The translations under genes were made by a program, and so were the position numbers. DNA of 64,000 nt. It comes from the human T2T-CHM13v2.0 reference genome, Homo sapiens. Positions 1 to 18,480 of this stretch are shown here, piece after piece (the first letter of the stretch is position 1; the number at the start of each line of letters is the position of its first letter). Below the pieces are notes generated by a model. It searched no databases. It was not told the origin of the DNA and saw only the letters and a program-made list of their open reading frames with translations. The DNA lies in the NCBI RefSeq assembly GCF_009914755.1, contig NC_060925.1; one strand, 5' to 3'.

Positions 1-1996
1 AACTGGCGTTTCCTTATCCTCATCTGTATAATGGCAACATTTCTCTGCTGCTTCAAAAAATGGTATTAATTCTAGGCAGGGAAATAAGAACACCCAAATG
101 TTCTTCAGTGTCTCTCTCTTTCTTTGACACACACACACTACCCACAGGGACACAGCAAAGCCCTGGAAACATATCGTACACATACGGCCTTTACTCTCCA
201 CCACTTCCTCTCCACTGACAGAGGCAGCCATGCTGCCAAGGTAGCAACCCCCACATGAAATACAAAAGAGTGGAGGCGAAACAGCTCAATCAAAACAGCT
301 TGGGAACGGAAAGGAGGGTATGCTTGTCAGAGAAAGTCTCCAGGGATAGGCCAGAAAACTTTTGTTTCTGCCTTGAACATCCTGAGCAAATAACCCTGTT
401 CCAGGTCTGCAGACCTCAGGTCAGGGGCCAACTCCTCCCTTTAACTTTTCACAGAAGGCGTAATAGGAAAACTCGCTGTTATTTGAAAAGTCCATTGTGA
501 GAAATGTCAGAGTGCAGCTTATAAGCATACCCTGGGGAGCACAGCTGAGAGCAATTTTGAAAACCAAGCAGTTAGAAACTGATGAAGTAGAATGCACAGG
601 TAGAAGACAGCTTGGCACTGCTTCAGCATATGGGGCTGCTTGCTTCAGGCCAGATGCCACAGACTGACCCAGCAGGATGCAGATTACTCAACTTTCTGAG
701 ATGGAAGCTGGCTCTTCAGCTTTTCTCTACAAGGCTGCTTCATTTATTCTGATTAAGATTCATTCACTGTAGCCACCCCACTTCCATAAGCCTCCAGCTG
801 ACTCTGGTTGCCCTCAGTTAAGGACAATAAACATTGAGCTGTATCAAAAACAAACAAACAAAAAACAGAGGAGCCATTTCTTAACAGGCAGGATGGCAGT
901 CCTCTTGAAATGGTGAACTTGAATCTGAAATTAAGGCTACAGAAGTGAAACTGAATCAATGTTACCCCCCACTCCATCTCCCAGGTCTGGTAATATTAGT
1001 CATTCCCCTTATTACCTAAAAGTGAAAGAATTCATAAGCATACATTTATTTCAAACTCAAATGTGCTGCTGGATTAGAATCAAAACATAATGTTAAGCCA
1101 GTTGGAAGAAAGAGAGCATTCCTAAAAATCCTGTCATCTGCTGAGGGAGTTTAAAAAGGGGAACTGAAGTGAGATGCACTGGGCACCCATCTTTAGGGCA
1201 GAGTCTGCAGTGGGTAGAGTTCCAGATAGGCCTTGGCTGGCATTCCTCCCTGCTTCTGTTTCCCTTTGGACAGCGTCTGTGATGGCTAACTCACCATTCA
1301 GGGACATTCATAATTCTTTCTCTTCTTAGGGCATTTTATAGTTTCCTTTTGTGATTGGCCAGGGAAGTTCAAGATTTATATAATTGGTGCTTGCTTCATG
1401 CTAAGCATTGGAATGGTTCACCTAAGATCCTGAGTAACAAACCTGATGCCAAAAGGGCAGGAGCACCCTAATGCAGAAGACTTTCAAGTGCTGATGGGCT
1501 GGGTGTATCTAACGCCCATGAAATCACCACAGGAACACACTTCCAACTTGGGGGCAAAGGCTGCAGCTATAGCACTCTTTCCACATTTCCAAATAACCAC
1601 TCTAACTGCTTATTCAGGAAATGTGGATTATTAAAGGTGAGAGAGACAGAGCACTGGATAGAAAGGAAAACTGGAGATATACCATCTTGTGGACAGGAAC
1701 TTCACTTACATAATTCTTGGCAGAAGGTTATTCTATTAAGACCAGCTTGAGACATCAAATTGTCTAGTCTCCTACATTCCCAGGATTCTGCAAAGAAGAC
1801 TAGGTCTCTATTGTCATGGCATTACCTTGGGACCCTAGGGAAGCCTCAAACTCCTTGAAGGGAATCTTGATGTCAGCAATGCCATCCCTCTCAAAGGGAA
1901 TTTCTGTTCCCTAAGAATGGCAAAGGTATTAACAGACTGCAAGCTTCATGAGGGCAGAAACCGTATCTGTCTTGCTCACCAATGTATTAATTTTCC

Positions 1997-2290
1997 CTTT
2001 TTTTTTTCTTGAGACAGTCTCACTCTGTGGCCCGGGCTGGAGTGCAACAGCGTGATCATGGCTCACTGAAGCCTCGACTTCCTGGGCTCGAGCGATCCTC
2101 TTACCTCAGTCTCTCAAGTAGCTGGGACCACAGATGCACACTATCAAGCACAGCTAACTTTTTATTATTTTTTTGTTACAGGGTCTCACTATGTTGTCCA
2201 GACTGGTCTCAAACTTCTGGCCTCAAACGATCCACCTGCCTCGGCCTCCCAAACTGCTGGGATTACAAGCATGAGCCACTGCGCCTGGTC
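1997..2290 (-). mobile_element. Alu (J-like)
   Basis: Reverse Alu consensus with poly-T. Confidence 0.9.
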
Positions 2291-2382
2291 TTACCACTGC
2301 ATTTCTAATGCCTAGGATAGCAGGCACCTGATAAATATGTTTTGAAGGAAGGAAGCACAGGACAAACTCTGCAAGCTACTTC

Positions 2383-2711
<329 letters not shown>

Positions 2712-5134
2712 TAACCCAAAACCCAAAAGTGTTGTTGAATCAGCCCCAGTCAAAACACTGTCCTGACCAAAGACAGAGCCAACCTGGCCTACCACAAGGC
2801 CTTGCCAAGCATGGGCACATATCAGTTTTGGGGGAAGTGAACTAGGGCAGAGAGCAAGGTGGAGTCGTGGCAGCAGAACAGAGTCCTCTTCCAGAGGAAA
2901 TGTTTCCTTAGCTGGGGGAAGAAACAAGTGGCCCATCATGCTCCTCAGTGGCATATTACAATCACGGAAAATGCACAATACAATTCATTCTGTCATGGGC
3001 TTCAATTAGTCTCAGACCTGTAAAGCTATATGAATGGAGGCCTACTTTCCCCAATAATACAGAAGGCCCAGCTGCCTACCTCATACTTAATAATGTGCAG
3101 ACAAAGCTCCCACTGGACAGAGGTTTAAGAAGCTAGCAGAGAACTCAACCCTCCTGCCTGCTGGGTCATCTGGCGGTTAGACAAGAATTTAACCATATTA
3201 AACTTTTACGTTATTGCTAACAATTGCTGAGTTTTATTTATGTACCTGGGAGTAGGCTAAGCCCTTTGCATGAATATTTTATTTAATACTCACAATCCTG
3301 TTAAGAGGTACTGTCATTTCCATTTTATAGATGAAGAACCTGATGGAAAGTATGTTTCAGTAACAGCACCCAGTACATTATAAAACCATGACTGAGACTT
3401 GTCTGACACCCAAGTCCATGCTCCACGCCCTTCGCCACTCTGTCTCCTATCTCTTGCTCAGCTGATGAAAAGGCAGGTAGTCAAGACCAATTCTTACAAC
3501 CTCTCTCTGGAACTTATCCAGTACTATCTGGAGTCAAAAGTGGCTACAGGACCTTAACCATATGGGCTTTTCTTAGGAAAGCTGTTGGAAGAAGGATCAG
3601 AAAGAAAGTTCAAAAGGTAGGTCCTCAAATCAAGAGCTATCCATTCTGACCCAAACCCTTCACTACTGTTCATCTGAAAATAGGTGTGCACAGGGAAGAG
3701 CTGAGGCTTTAAAAAAATAAAAAAGTGTCCAAACACTAACCACACACATAGTTCTTGACTATGTTCCTGCCAGTTTCACACAATGCCTTGAATTAGAAGC
3801 TGTTCCAATTACTGAGATTTTAATAAAATCTCCAAAATAAGCCAAAAGGCTATGCTTCGGCCCTGCAATTGTTGTTTGTTTTTATAAACTCCTCTGCTGT
3901 TTTATTATTTCCTCCCTTAAGGAATTCCTGAGGAGAATAAATTTAAGATAGTTTTTAAATTGAGTTGGATTTACTGCCCAATTATGCTAATTTTCTCATC
4001 CCTCTTCATTTTGTCACACAAATGGGGAAGTAAGTTTATATTTGCACAGGTCTTCTAAAGGGCAAAAAGAACCCACCAAAATTATGGTTTTCCAAGATAG
4101 TAGGATTTAAGATGATTATCTTTCACTAAAGTGTTTAAGCAAGACACAGTGATTTAATTTCACTGAGAGAGAGACCAACTTTAGCAAATTCTGATTGGCC
4201 TTACTTATGTCAATTAAATCGTGATATAACAAGACACCATAGACTTGCTCAATGCTAGCTGAATTTTAGAATCAAAAACCTTGCATGGTTTGTGTTAACA
4301 GCCAGAAAACTCTACCTTCCCCCAAGTGACATGTACTCAAGTCATTATCCTACAGTCTGAGGAGACTGATTTAGGATTAATAATTTATTACCTTCCTGTA
4401 CTGCAATGTAGTTAAGAATATAGGACAATTTGGCAGGAGAAAGTTCCTGTTGAAGACTCATTGCTGTAAGATATATTCCATTAGTCATCTGCCTCAATTT
4501 GGGTGCCCAACAGATACATGAAGAGCAGAGATATAATGCCACCTAAAAAGTCTCCTGAAAATGCTTTTCCCCTGAAGATTAAGACCAATGCATATTCAAA
4601 ATATACCATTCTCTTAAAGGAAAAAGACACCACTGGCTCTGACTGGTACAACAGAGGCTACAGCCCTCAAAGTAAGGGCAAACGAGGCAAGTGAGGGCAA
4701 GGCCTACAGGTACCTTTTTCCTGCCAGGGACACTTACTTGGGTTCAGGAATACAGGCAGGTATGAGAACAACAACAACAAAAAAAGGCAACTAGTGGTAA
4801 AGAGACCTCTTGCTAAGGCAGGAGGTGATTTTGTCCCATCTGCAGTCTCTGTAGAGGTTGAGGGTGATAATTAATCTCTCCCACCCAGAGTTTGGGAATA
4901 ATTAAAATACAAAGCATGGCAGTTAGGTGCAGATGAAGATCAAAATATTATCTTTATAGTAAGTGATAAGGATGACTGGAGAACATGGCTGAGATGTGTA
5001 ATCACAAATGGCCTTTCTTATACTTTCCTATACTGAATTCAACTTACCTAACTGGACAAAATGCAGGCTGACCTGGCATGGGCAGACCGGCTAGAGCATG
5101 GAAGTGGGACAAGACATAAAAATCCTGAAGACTG

Positions 5135-5689
<555 letters not shown>

Positions 5690-5789
5690 TTATTGCCACC
5701 TACTACAGCAGGTATAGTGCTAGATGCTAGAGATGTAACTATGAGTAAAATAGTTTCATGGAGTAGACAGATACATAAACAACTAATTA

Positions 5790-6440
5790 AAGTAGACTTC
5801 TGCTCGAAGCCATAATGGAGTAGCTGATATCAGACTCACCGTCCTGCCGTAAACAACTACAAAACTGGACAGAAGATACAATCCAACTGTTTTTAGTCAG
5901 GAGATAACAGGCAGGGCAAGGTTGCAATCCTGAGAAGGGAAACCTGAAGTGAGCCCCATAACTGCCCAGCTGTATGTTAAGGGACAATTTCCCAACCATG
6001 ACATAGGAAGCCGGAACCCAAACAGAACACATGGGTCTCACTGAGCCCAGGAAGCGGAGATGTGAGTTTGGCTAGAAGGTGAGGGGTAAGAATTTGAGAG
6101 GAAGGAGCTGTGAAGAAAGGGGGCCCCAGAAGTCCAGTGGGAGGGTCCCCTGCCAGTCCGTGGCTAGACTACAAAGGCATGCGGCAAGACCACATGATGT
6201 TTATTAACTAGATGGTAGATGCTACAGGGCTGAGAGGGAGACTCACTAGAGGTCAAGCAGTGCCCTCTAGGGGGGCAAGAGGAGCATGCTGGAACTCTGG
6301 CCCTCTGCCAGAGTGAAGAGTGAAGCAATCACATTAATGCCATACACCAGCAGAGACACCAGAAAGGCCTCACCTTAGGAGTAAGGACCACACTCTAGAG
6401 CAAAACCTACTCTGAACCTCTCCTCACAAAGCCTAAGGCC
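5790..6440 (+). mobile_element. Old L1M (L1MC/MD-like) 5'-end fragment within L2-like sequence
   Basis: GACTTC...ATAATGGAGTAGC...AAACAACTACAAAACTGGACA resembles ancient L1 5' ends. Confidence 0.55.
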
Positions 6441-6613
6441 ACACAGAGTATAACATGGTATAATCATAGAGAGATGCATAGATATTATGAGAACATTAGA
6501 GAAGTCCACACCAGGGGTCTCAGGGAAAGCACGAGAAAGGAGCTTATGTTTATCTGAATTGGAATACATCAGGCAGAATGGTAATGCCATATGCAGAGAA
6601 ATGGAGCCCTCTA

Positions 6614-6988
<375 letters not shown>

Positions 6989-7844
6989 CTAGAGGTGGTC
7001 TTTTCATGGTTATAGGGAATAAAGGAAAAGAAAGGGGGTAAAAGATCACAGGTTCAGTTTTGCGATACTAAGTTAGAGGTAGCCATGAGACATCTTGGCT
7101 GGAGATGTGCAGCGTACAGATGGCTAAGTGGTCTGGAGCTCAGGAATAGCTATAAATTTGGAAGTAGTGAGCACACAGGTTACAAGTGAGGAATGAATGA
7201 GACTGCCCAGGGAGACCACAAGTGGGACAAAAAAGGGTGAAACAGAACCCTGACAAACAAAAGATGTAAGGGAGAGAAGGGAGTGGGGGAAAAATAATAA
7301 GAAAGTGCTGTGCATTGGCTAAGAGGAGGACAAAACAAAGCATGGTGTAACTTAAGGCAAGTGAGGAAACGGTCTCAAGAAGGTAATCAAAGGTGTCAAA
7401 TGCAGTAGAGATGTTAAGTAAGGTAAGAAATAAAGGCGTCCAACTAGGAAGGTCAGTAGTTACCCTGGCAAAAGCCAAGGTTTGGGCAGAAGCCAGACCT
7501 TACTGAACTCAGAAGAGGATGAAGGTGGGAGAATGGAAATAGCAAATGTGGTCTACTCTTTCAGAAAGCTTCACTGACTGCAAAGATCAAGTCAGGGAAC
7601 TGGACAGCAATCTTTCACGAAGAACAGTGCCTGCCTCAATAAATATTTATTGACTGAGTAAGTAATTTTAAAAATGAACAAAAGAATGAAGAAATCTATA
7701 CCCATCCAGTTGTTTCTCTAGTCCTTGTCTCCAACTGTGTCAGTTTGTCCATCTATAAACTGAATACGTATTAGGCCCAAGCCAAGTTCCATTTCCTCCA
7801 TGAAGCTTTCCTTGATTTTTCTAACCTTCAACAACCTTCTCTAC

Positions 7845-9296
<1,452 letters not shown>

Positions 9297-10099
9297 TCAT
9301 CAACTTTCTCCTGGACTATTTCATTAACATGCTAATGGATACCCTAACCTCTAACCCTGACCTCCCTCCCTTTTCCATCCATCTCCATCTCCACAATTAC
9401 CACTTTTCTATACTCCTGCAAAAATTATTCAGAAATTTACCAGTATTATAGTATATTTAATACAGTATTAATAGTTTTATATTTAATACTAGCATTAAAG
9501 TATTATAGTGTTTGCCTTAAGAGGTGCACAAGACAAATCCCTCGGGCATGAAAAGAAAATATTAGAACTCTTCATATTTGCTTCTGTCAATCCCTTTAAC
9601 ATTTTGTTTTTGGCATCTCTTACACATATATAAGACATTAGTATAAAATTACGTGTTATAATGTATAAATTTATATACAGGGGTACATTCTCAATTTTTC
9701 AATGGATTAAAGTGCATCATGAAAAAAATTTATAGACCATCTACCTAAAAAGTTTAAAATTGAAGCTTCTTAGCATAGCATACAAGATCCTTTGTGACCT
9801 AGCCACCACCTACCTCTTCTGGAGCTGCCATACCAGCTTTGCTCTTTATATTCCAGTAGTGCTAAACTGCTTGTGGAGTTTCTTCTATATACCAGGCTGT
9901 TTCACTTTTGTGCCTTTGCTCTTGCATTCCCATTGCATGGGAATACCCTTTGAATCCTTCAAATTCAACCTTCACAACTCTGTTCAGGCATCAGCTTCTC
10001 TAGAAGATGCTTCTCTAGAAAGAACTCCTTAGAGCACCCTCTTTGCCTCCAAGCTAAATGCTTCTCCTACGGTTCCAGTAGCACTCTGTGCGTTGCATC

Positions 10100-10388
10100 T
10101 TTTTTTTTTTTTTTTAAGAGACAGGGTCTCCCTCTGTCACCCACACTGGAGTACAGCGACATGATCACAGTTCACTGCAGTCTTGAACTCCCGGGCTCAG
10201 GTGATCCTCTCATCTCAGCCTTTCGAGTAGCTAGGACTACAGGTGCCCACCACCACCAGCTAATTTTTTTTATTTTTGTAGAGATGAGGTTTCACTATGT
10301 TGTCCAGGCTGGTCTTGAACTCCTGGCCTCGGGTGATCCTCCTGCCTCAGCCTCTCAAAGTGCTAGGATAAGCCAATGCACCTGGCCT
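10100..10388 (-). mobile_element. Alu (J-like)
   Basis: Reverse Alu consensus. Confidence 0.9.
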
Positions 10389-12372
10389 CTACCTTTTCAC
10401 TTGCTACTGGTAGTTATTCCAGAGAAAGGATTGTATTGTACTAATCTTTATTATCCTGGTGCCTAGTCTAGAAGCAGACTCCTAGTAAGTTCTCAAAAAA
10501 TGGTTCTGAATTGAATAATTTATCTCTGTACTCAAAATACGTATTAACTAACTGTATAATCTCCTTCCCAGAGGTAGGGAAATGTCAGTACAAGTTTTCA
10601 TAGCCAACTGTTAGCTCTGGGCCTAAGGACATTGGCTTCAGTGATTCTCCCTGTTTCAGATTTCTAGGGCCAATTAGGTCCTTGCATCCCCCACAAACAT
10701 GCACACATAACTCTTCAGATGTATACATTCTTTCTTTGTATGTGTTAATATATTTGTTAAGATTTTAGTCAATCTTGTTGGTCTCAAAAGCATTGGTCTC
10801 CTTAAAGTGCCTTTCCATATCTCTGCTCTGATTTTGTTGTTTTTAAAGCTTAATTCTCAAAGAACAATTCCCTTATTGGTAATTTATTAATTTATTCAGT
10901 CAACAAATATTTTATGCATCTACTATGTGCCTTGGTACCCGCTAAGAATATCTAGCATAACTAAAAGAGGCAACATGTCTGCTCTCAAGAAGCTGACAAT
11001 CTATTGTAGGAATTTCCAAAACTCCTGGGATCACTTCCTATTTGTCTCCAGATGAGAATCCCCAGGTCCAAAACACTATTTTTCAAGCCACTTAACAATA
11101 AAATTAAACAGAAAAATAGCCATTCCATGGCACACAAGGAAAACACAGACAGACCATCTTTTATCAAATTGTAATCAATGCTTTCTAACAGTAGGGCTTC
11201 AGTACTGAACCCAAAAGTGGAAATAAAAAAGCTCACCATGTCTAAGTCAACAGCTGCCTGGGGCTCTACCAAAGATGGAGCAAACTCCTAAGTGGTAAGC
11301 GGGAGTGGAGGATAACTGCAGAGCTGCCTTAATTTGGTTAGTTTTTCAGAAATAATCCATGAGCTAAATAACAGCAGGAATCAAGAATGTATTTTATCGG
11401 AAAAAAATGTAAACACTCAGGTAAACACTGAGTAAACTCATGAGTAGAGAAATACTGACTCAGGCTCCCACCAATAGGTTTTTGCTGTTATTATTTTGTT
11501 GTTGCTTTTTCAAGTAGGTTGTTTTCCCCCTTATATAAAAAGGAATACAAGTATACCAAAGAAAGGCCTGGAAAACACAGAAAAATATGAAGAGATAATA
11601 ATTCCTCTAGTCAAAAAAATACATAAATATTTAGTTGTACATCTTGTTTCAGACTGTTTTCTATTACATAATTTTTTCTTCTTTTCACAAAATTGACAGC
11701 ATATTGAATATGTAGTTGCATAACTTGATTTTATCATTTAATATTAGGAGCATTTTCCCGTGTACTTTTTTTTTAAATTATTAAACATTTTTTAATTCTA
11801 AAGAGACAGGGCCTCACTATGTTGCCGGCTGGTCTCAAACCCCTAGGCTCAAGCAATCCTCCCATCTTAGCCCCCGAGTAGCTGGGACTAGAGACGTGTG
11901 CCACCACACCCAGCTTTTCTTTTAAAATATGAATTTTAAGACTGGATAGTATCCCACCATGTGGAGATGCAAAGATTTCACCACTCTCCTATAATTAAGC
12001 AGGTTTCAGCAATATTTTGCAGCACAGAATAAATGACTGTTGATCAGTGCTCTCATTCACAACTATCTAAGTGTATCCTTCAGATAAATTCTTAAATGAA
12101 GAATTAAGTCGAAAAATATGAATTTTTTTAGGGCTCTTGATATTTATGCCAAGAAGTTCTCTTTTCAAACTCCTCAGCACTATATGAGGACAACCACATC
12201 ACCCCTTGGCAGCACTGGATAGTTTTACTTTAATTTTCATCAATATGATAGATTTAAAAGGATATCTCATTTTAATCTGTCGTTTTGATTGGTAATGAGA
12301 ACGAACATTTTAAATATATTCATTTTAACTTCTTATTTATGGCACTCTGTTTATGCCTTTTATTTATTTGTT

Positions 12373-12698
<326 letters not shown>

Positions 12699-13109
12699 TA
12701 AAAAAAAAATGGGAAGGAGCTCCAATTAAATCAAAGTATATAACAAATATGTCTGTCACATGTTGCTTGCATGTTCCCTCAATTTGAACATACATGGCTC
12801 TTGATCTTTTAATTTCCATGATAAAAGCTCCAAATTTTTCTAAAATAGAACTGGCATAACCTAATCCCCACCAGAACTACACCTAACACCACCACCTTTG
12901 CACTTCTATACTTAATTAGGGTGCTGTTTTTAAGCACCAAGCTCAAGGTTACTAAAGACTTGCACAATGAGCCTACAATGCTGTGTTTAACCAAGTGCTA
13001 GATTGGAAAGCACAGAAAGACTTGGAATTGCTTCTTCATCCTCTATACTTTGAATCCCTCAAATAGGAAGCTGCTTACCATGGTACTGGGTAAAAAAAAA
13101 AAAAAAATT

Positions 13110-13404
<295 letters not shown>

Positions 13405-13696
13405 CCTTTGGTCCTCCAAAACATCCCCTATGGTTGGAAGGCAGAGTACCAGAAGAGAAAGAGTATGAGCTCTACAGTGGACAAACCTGGATTTAGAATC
13501 CTACCTCCACCATGTTCTTGCTGTGTGACCTTGGCCAAGTCATTCTGCCTCTCTAGGCCTCAATTTCCTTATCTATAAAATGAGAAGAAAACTATCTATT
13601 TTTGGGTTATCATGAAGATTAAATGAGATAAGGTATGTAATGTTTACAATTAGGAGTCTGGTATGTGGTAGGTGTGCTTCAAAAAATGTGATTTAC

Positions 13697-14278
<582 letters not shown>

Positions 14279-15394
14279 TTTTAAAGAAGTGATTTTTCCC
14301 TATTCTGATGGTGCTAAATCAATTACTTATTTAATTCTAATGATCTTATATAAAATGTTGACCTGAAATAGTCAGCTGTCCCAGCAAAGCATCATCTGGG
14401 GTAAAAAAAAAAAAAAACCATGTAGATCAGCTTTCTGTCAAGTACAACTTCCACTGCTATAATTATGCAATCATCAACCATCACTGCAAGACAACAAAAA
14501 CCCCAAAGCTGATGTTACTGAAATTGCTAAATACAATAATTACTAGGGTCTCAAAATCATGACCACCAATTCCTTTAGGAAAGCAACAGAAATCTTTGTA
14601 ATTATAAGGGAAAAAGGCTGATTAGTTATCCCAGATGGTGGTCTCTACAGCAGAAGGTTTTTGGTCACTGGCCAGAATGGCAGCATACACAGAAATCTTT
14701 CTCATATTGCTGTTTTCTCACACTCATACTATGAAAGCACAATATCAACAAAAGAACTTGAAAGAAAGAAAGAAAGAAAGAAAGAAAGGGCATTCTCCTT
14801 TGAAATTTAGCCTTCTTGGCACTGATTCCTGGCAAGAGGCTTTACCCTGGTGAAATAATCTCTAGGAGGAAAGCATAGTCTAAAAAATCTATCAACATAG
14901 CCCCTCTCTATGGAAAAAGTAAGGAACGCATTTTTCCCATAAGTGTAGATTCCTTTAGGAAAGGAAAGGAAGCTCAAGACCAGCCTGGGCAAATAGCAAG
15001 ACTAAGCACCCATGCTGAGTGCTGTGCTACATGCTTTAATTATACTATCCCTCAAATCAAACCATGAGGTAGATAATAACCCTTCCTCAAAGATAATAGG
15101 TAATTTGCTCAAGGTTTTATAGTCATTAAGTGGAAATACCCAGTTGACTTTTATCAAGTCTTAAAACGGTTGTGCCAATTCTCCCTTATGAAAAAGAATC
15201 CAATTTAAACTCTGGTTCCAAAACAAAACAAATAAATAAACCCAACAGACCTCAGTCACCAAAAGGATGACCATTTCTGTCAATTAGCAGATTGTTTTTT
15301 CTGCCTCCTAATAGTCCTTAAAATGAACTGAGGGACTCACATAAAATGCCCTTTTCTAAAAAAAAAAATCTTAAATCTATAAAGAAAATAGTAC

Positions 15395-15536
15395 CTGTTG
15401 ACAACCACAGAACGCTGAAGCAAAAGCAAGTATAAAACAGGTACAGGCTTCTCAACCACTTCGCAGATGTCTGCCAATAATATCCTGATAAAATCCAGGA
15501 AGCAGGATTTGGCTTGACTCCCAGCCTCTTCTCCAT
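15395..15536 (-). CDS. KIAA0319L: KIAA0319L (AAV receptor, AAVR) first coding exon, aa 1-47; exon spans 15564-15395 with 28 nt of 5'UTR; remainder of gene lies beyond the window start
   Basis: MEKRLGVKPNPASWILSGYYWQTSAKWLRSLYLFYTCFCFSVLWLST matches the recalled AAVR N-terminus; gccATGG context; acceptor ctttctgtccttctag at 15565 and donor AG|GTAC at 15394 on the minus strand. Confidence 0.95.
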
Positions 15537-18251
15537 GGCCCTCCAGACAGGCAGAACCAGTACACTAGAAGGACAGAAAGAGAAGAAATTACATGCCGAG
15601 TAATTAATAATTAATTCCTGGAAATGTGGAATGCTAGAAAATATGACAGATTAGGGGAAAGAAAAATTTCAAGTTTGTCTTTAACGGCTCAACCCTGCCT
15701 ATAAATTTTAAACCTGGGCTTTGAGGTAGCCTATAATTATCAGAATAACAACACAGCAAGGGATATCAAATGAATCCACTGAAAACTGAAACTTTATATT
15801 CCTTTTTTTTTTTTTAATCTAACAGTAAATCACCTATGTGGTAGAATGGAAAGAGTACCAGCCCGCAGACAAGAAGATCTCTGAGTTTTAGTTGCAGTTC
15901 TGCTACTAACAGCTTTGTGACTTTGACCAAACACACTTTCTTACTTTTGAGGAGAAGAGGTTGCACCCTCAGAGGTAAAGTAACCTGAGGGTTATGTCTG
16001 GCCCAGTATTTTTTAAATTTCTGAATGCAAATGTCTTTAGGCAGGGCATGCACTCTCCAGTCTGCTACTGTCTCCGCCCACCACTATTATCATGAAAATC
16101 TATTCAATTTACACCTCAATGCTACCCACCCCAATCCCTGCATTCAACAGATACTTACGTCAGGCACTATGCTGGCTACTCCAGAATCTAGGGGCTGGAT
16201 TATTTAGGTCTCTTCCAGCAGAAAAACTCATTTACCATAAATTTCTCCCCTCATATAAAACTTTGCTATATTGTCTAAATTAGTACGTAAATATTGGCAA
16301 CATTATGAGGGTTGACTGAGTTCTGAAGAAGCAATTCAAAAACTTCTGTCCAACTATGTACCTGTCATCTACATCCAGCAAACGACACAGGCTGCCAACC
16401 CCTAACTCCTATCCACGGCCAGCATACAGGGAGATCAGCATTGCCTGGGCTGGATACCAATACTGACTAATACCAAGAAACAGCCACAGACATACACACA
16501 GCTGCAAAACTAAGGTGCAGCCCACCCAAGAAAAGGCTTTTGCAGAACCACATGCATCTGAAGGACTTCATCGTTCTCATTCACTTCCATCCATTCCTAT
16601 TTCTAGTTGTTTTGTAGTTGTATTTCAGGGAGCAGGGGGCAGAAAGGAGGTGTGTGGGCCAGAGACATGTTCAAGAGATTATGAAATGGAGCCTAAGTTA
16701 GAAAGTACATCCAGCAATTTCTCTAGCCTCCCAAGAGGGAACGAGTGAGTATGCATGTGTGCATGTATGGGTGTGTATGAATCTTACCCAACACATTTCT
16801 GCCTACCACAAAAGGATTTAAAACTCAAGGTGACTCAACAGCTGTCATCAATAGCCTGACAGGTGGGTGGGAGAAGCAGAAAAGAAATGAATAGCTTTTG
16901 AAAAATGGAGTAATAAACACCACTGGACTAACAAGCTGATTAGAAGTGCCATGTCTAATAAATCTTGCGTCTAAGAGAAAGGCAGAGTTAATTTCATTTG
17001 AACTCCTAACCAGTCATTCCTCTGAAACCTATAATTGCCTAAGGGCACAAATCACTGCTAGGGTCCAGTTAAAGGCTTCCTGACCAAACGCAAGAACAAC
17101 AACACATCACCAAGATCCGAATAGTTTGTTACTGAATCAAAGGGTAACAACCCAGGGAGAGAACACACACCCCCACAATACTTGACAAATGAAAATCTAG
17201 AGAAGCTCACAATAGTTCTGGCATTTAGGGCGTTACAAGTACACCCAAAATAAAAGCACTCTCTGTTGCAGCAGCTGTTCAGACAGAGCAGGGGGTAATG
17301 TTTACTTAATACTTCAGGTTGATGGGGGATGTATCACAGTTCAGTCTGTCAACTACATACGTGGAACTCCATTTATGTACACAGCGATAAGATATGTTTG
17401 AACAACGATGGAGCACGTCTGAAACAATCTATTCAGTTGGTATGAGTAATCGAGAATAAAGCTCTTTTTTAAAAAGTCTCAGATATTTGGGAAAGTTACA
17501 GAACAGACTGCCATGAATAGCTTTGCTTATATTTGCAGACACTGTTTTCCAAATAGCTGGAAAAATGAACAGATTGTTCTGGGAGGTCGTCTTTCCAATT
17601 TGTTCCTAGTTTTCAGTCTGTTAATCACAGGAGAGAGCACAAGGAGAGTCAGCTAATGCTCTTCACTAACTGCAACTACTGTCAGTTGGACACAACCACT
17701 ATGAGACCAGAAGCCAAAGAGTTCCTGGAATCCCGCCAGAGGTTATCAATTTTGACTTCCTTCATTTCACCTTTGTGCTCACTGCAGCCACTACAGGACC
17801 CTCTGTGGGGCATAATTTTCAAAATCGTGGATGAGGCAGGTTTCACATTATAATGGACACATCGTGCTCAACCCCATCCCCTCTTCATTCTGCACCAACT
17901 TTCTATCTCGGTGGAGAGACCAAACATCAGAGACAGCAACTAAAGACTAGGCTGCAGAGGTCGAAGGTGGAAGAAGGACGGCAGCGCCCCGAACCCCGGC
18001 TGTCTGCCTGGCTCTCAGGGGATGGAGGGAGCTGCATGACTAGGCCCAGGCCCGAGAGAAGCGGGGTTCAGCCTGGGACCCAAGCTGCGCACCTGCAAGG
18101 ACAGAAGCAGCTGGCTGCCCTGGCCGAGCCAGGGGCGCCACCTCCGGACCCAACATCCGGCCAGCGCAGCCGCTGACATCGCCCGTCCCGCTTGCCCCTC
18201 CCCTGAGCCCATGGTCCTCGGCCTGGCAGCCAGCCGCCCCCGGCCACCTAC

Positions 18252-18480
18252 CGGGGCTCAGGGCCACATAGCGGGGCCCCGGCTCTCGGCGGCCTCCGCC
18301 TCCTCCTGGTCCATGGGCTCGGGGACCCCCAACCTTCGCTCCCCTCACCCGGAGGAGGAGGAGGAAGAGGAAGAAGGTAGTGCGGGCTCCCCACCCGGAC
18401 AGCTACCTCTCGCCTCAGCCTCCCTGGACAGCGACGGCGGCCGGAAACACCGCCTCCTCCCACCTCCCCGGGACCGACCC
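18252..18480 (-). other. KIAA0319L: KIAA0319L non-coding exon 1 (5' boundary approximate)
   Basis: Minus-strand donor CCG|GTAGGT at 18252/18251 within the CpG island upstream of the coding exon; TSS not determinable from sequence. Confidence 0.7.

Noticed and set aside
18414-18436. Possible REST/RE1 site (CTCAGCCTCCCTGGACAGCGAC)
   Set aside because: Right half matches but the left half lacks the CAGCACC core and has an extra base; too weak to call
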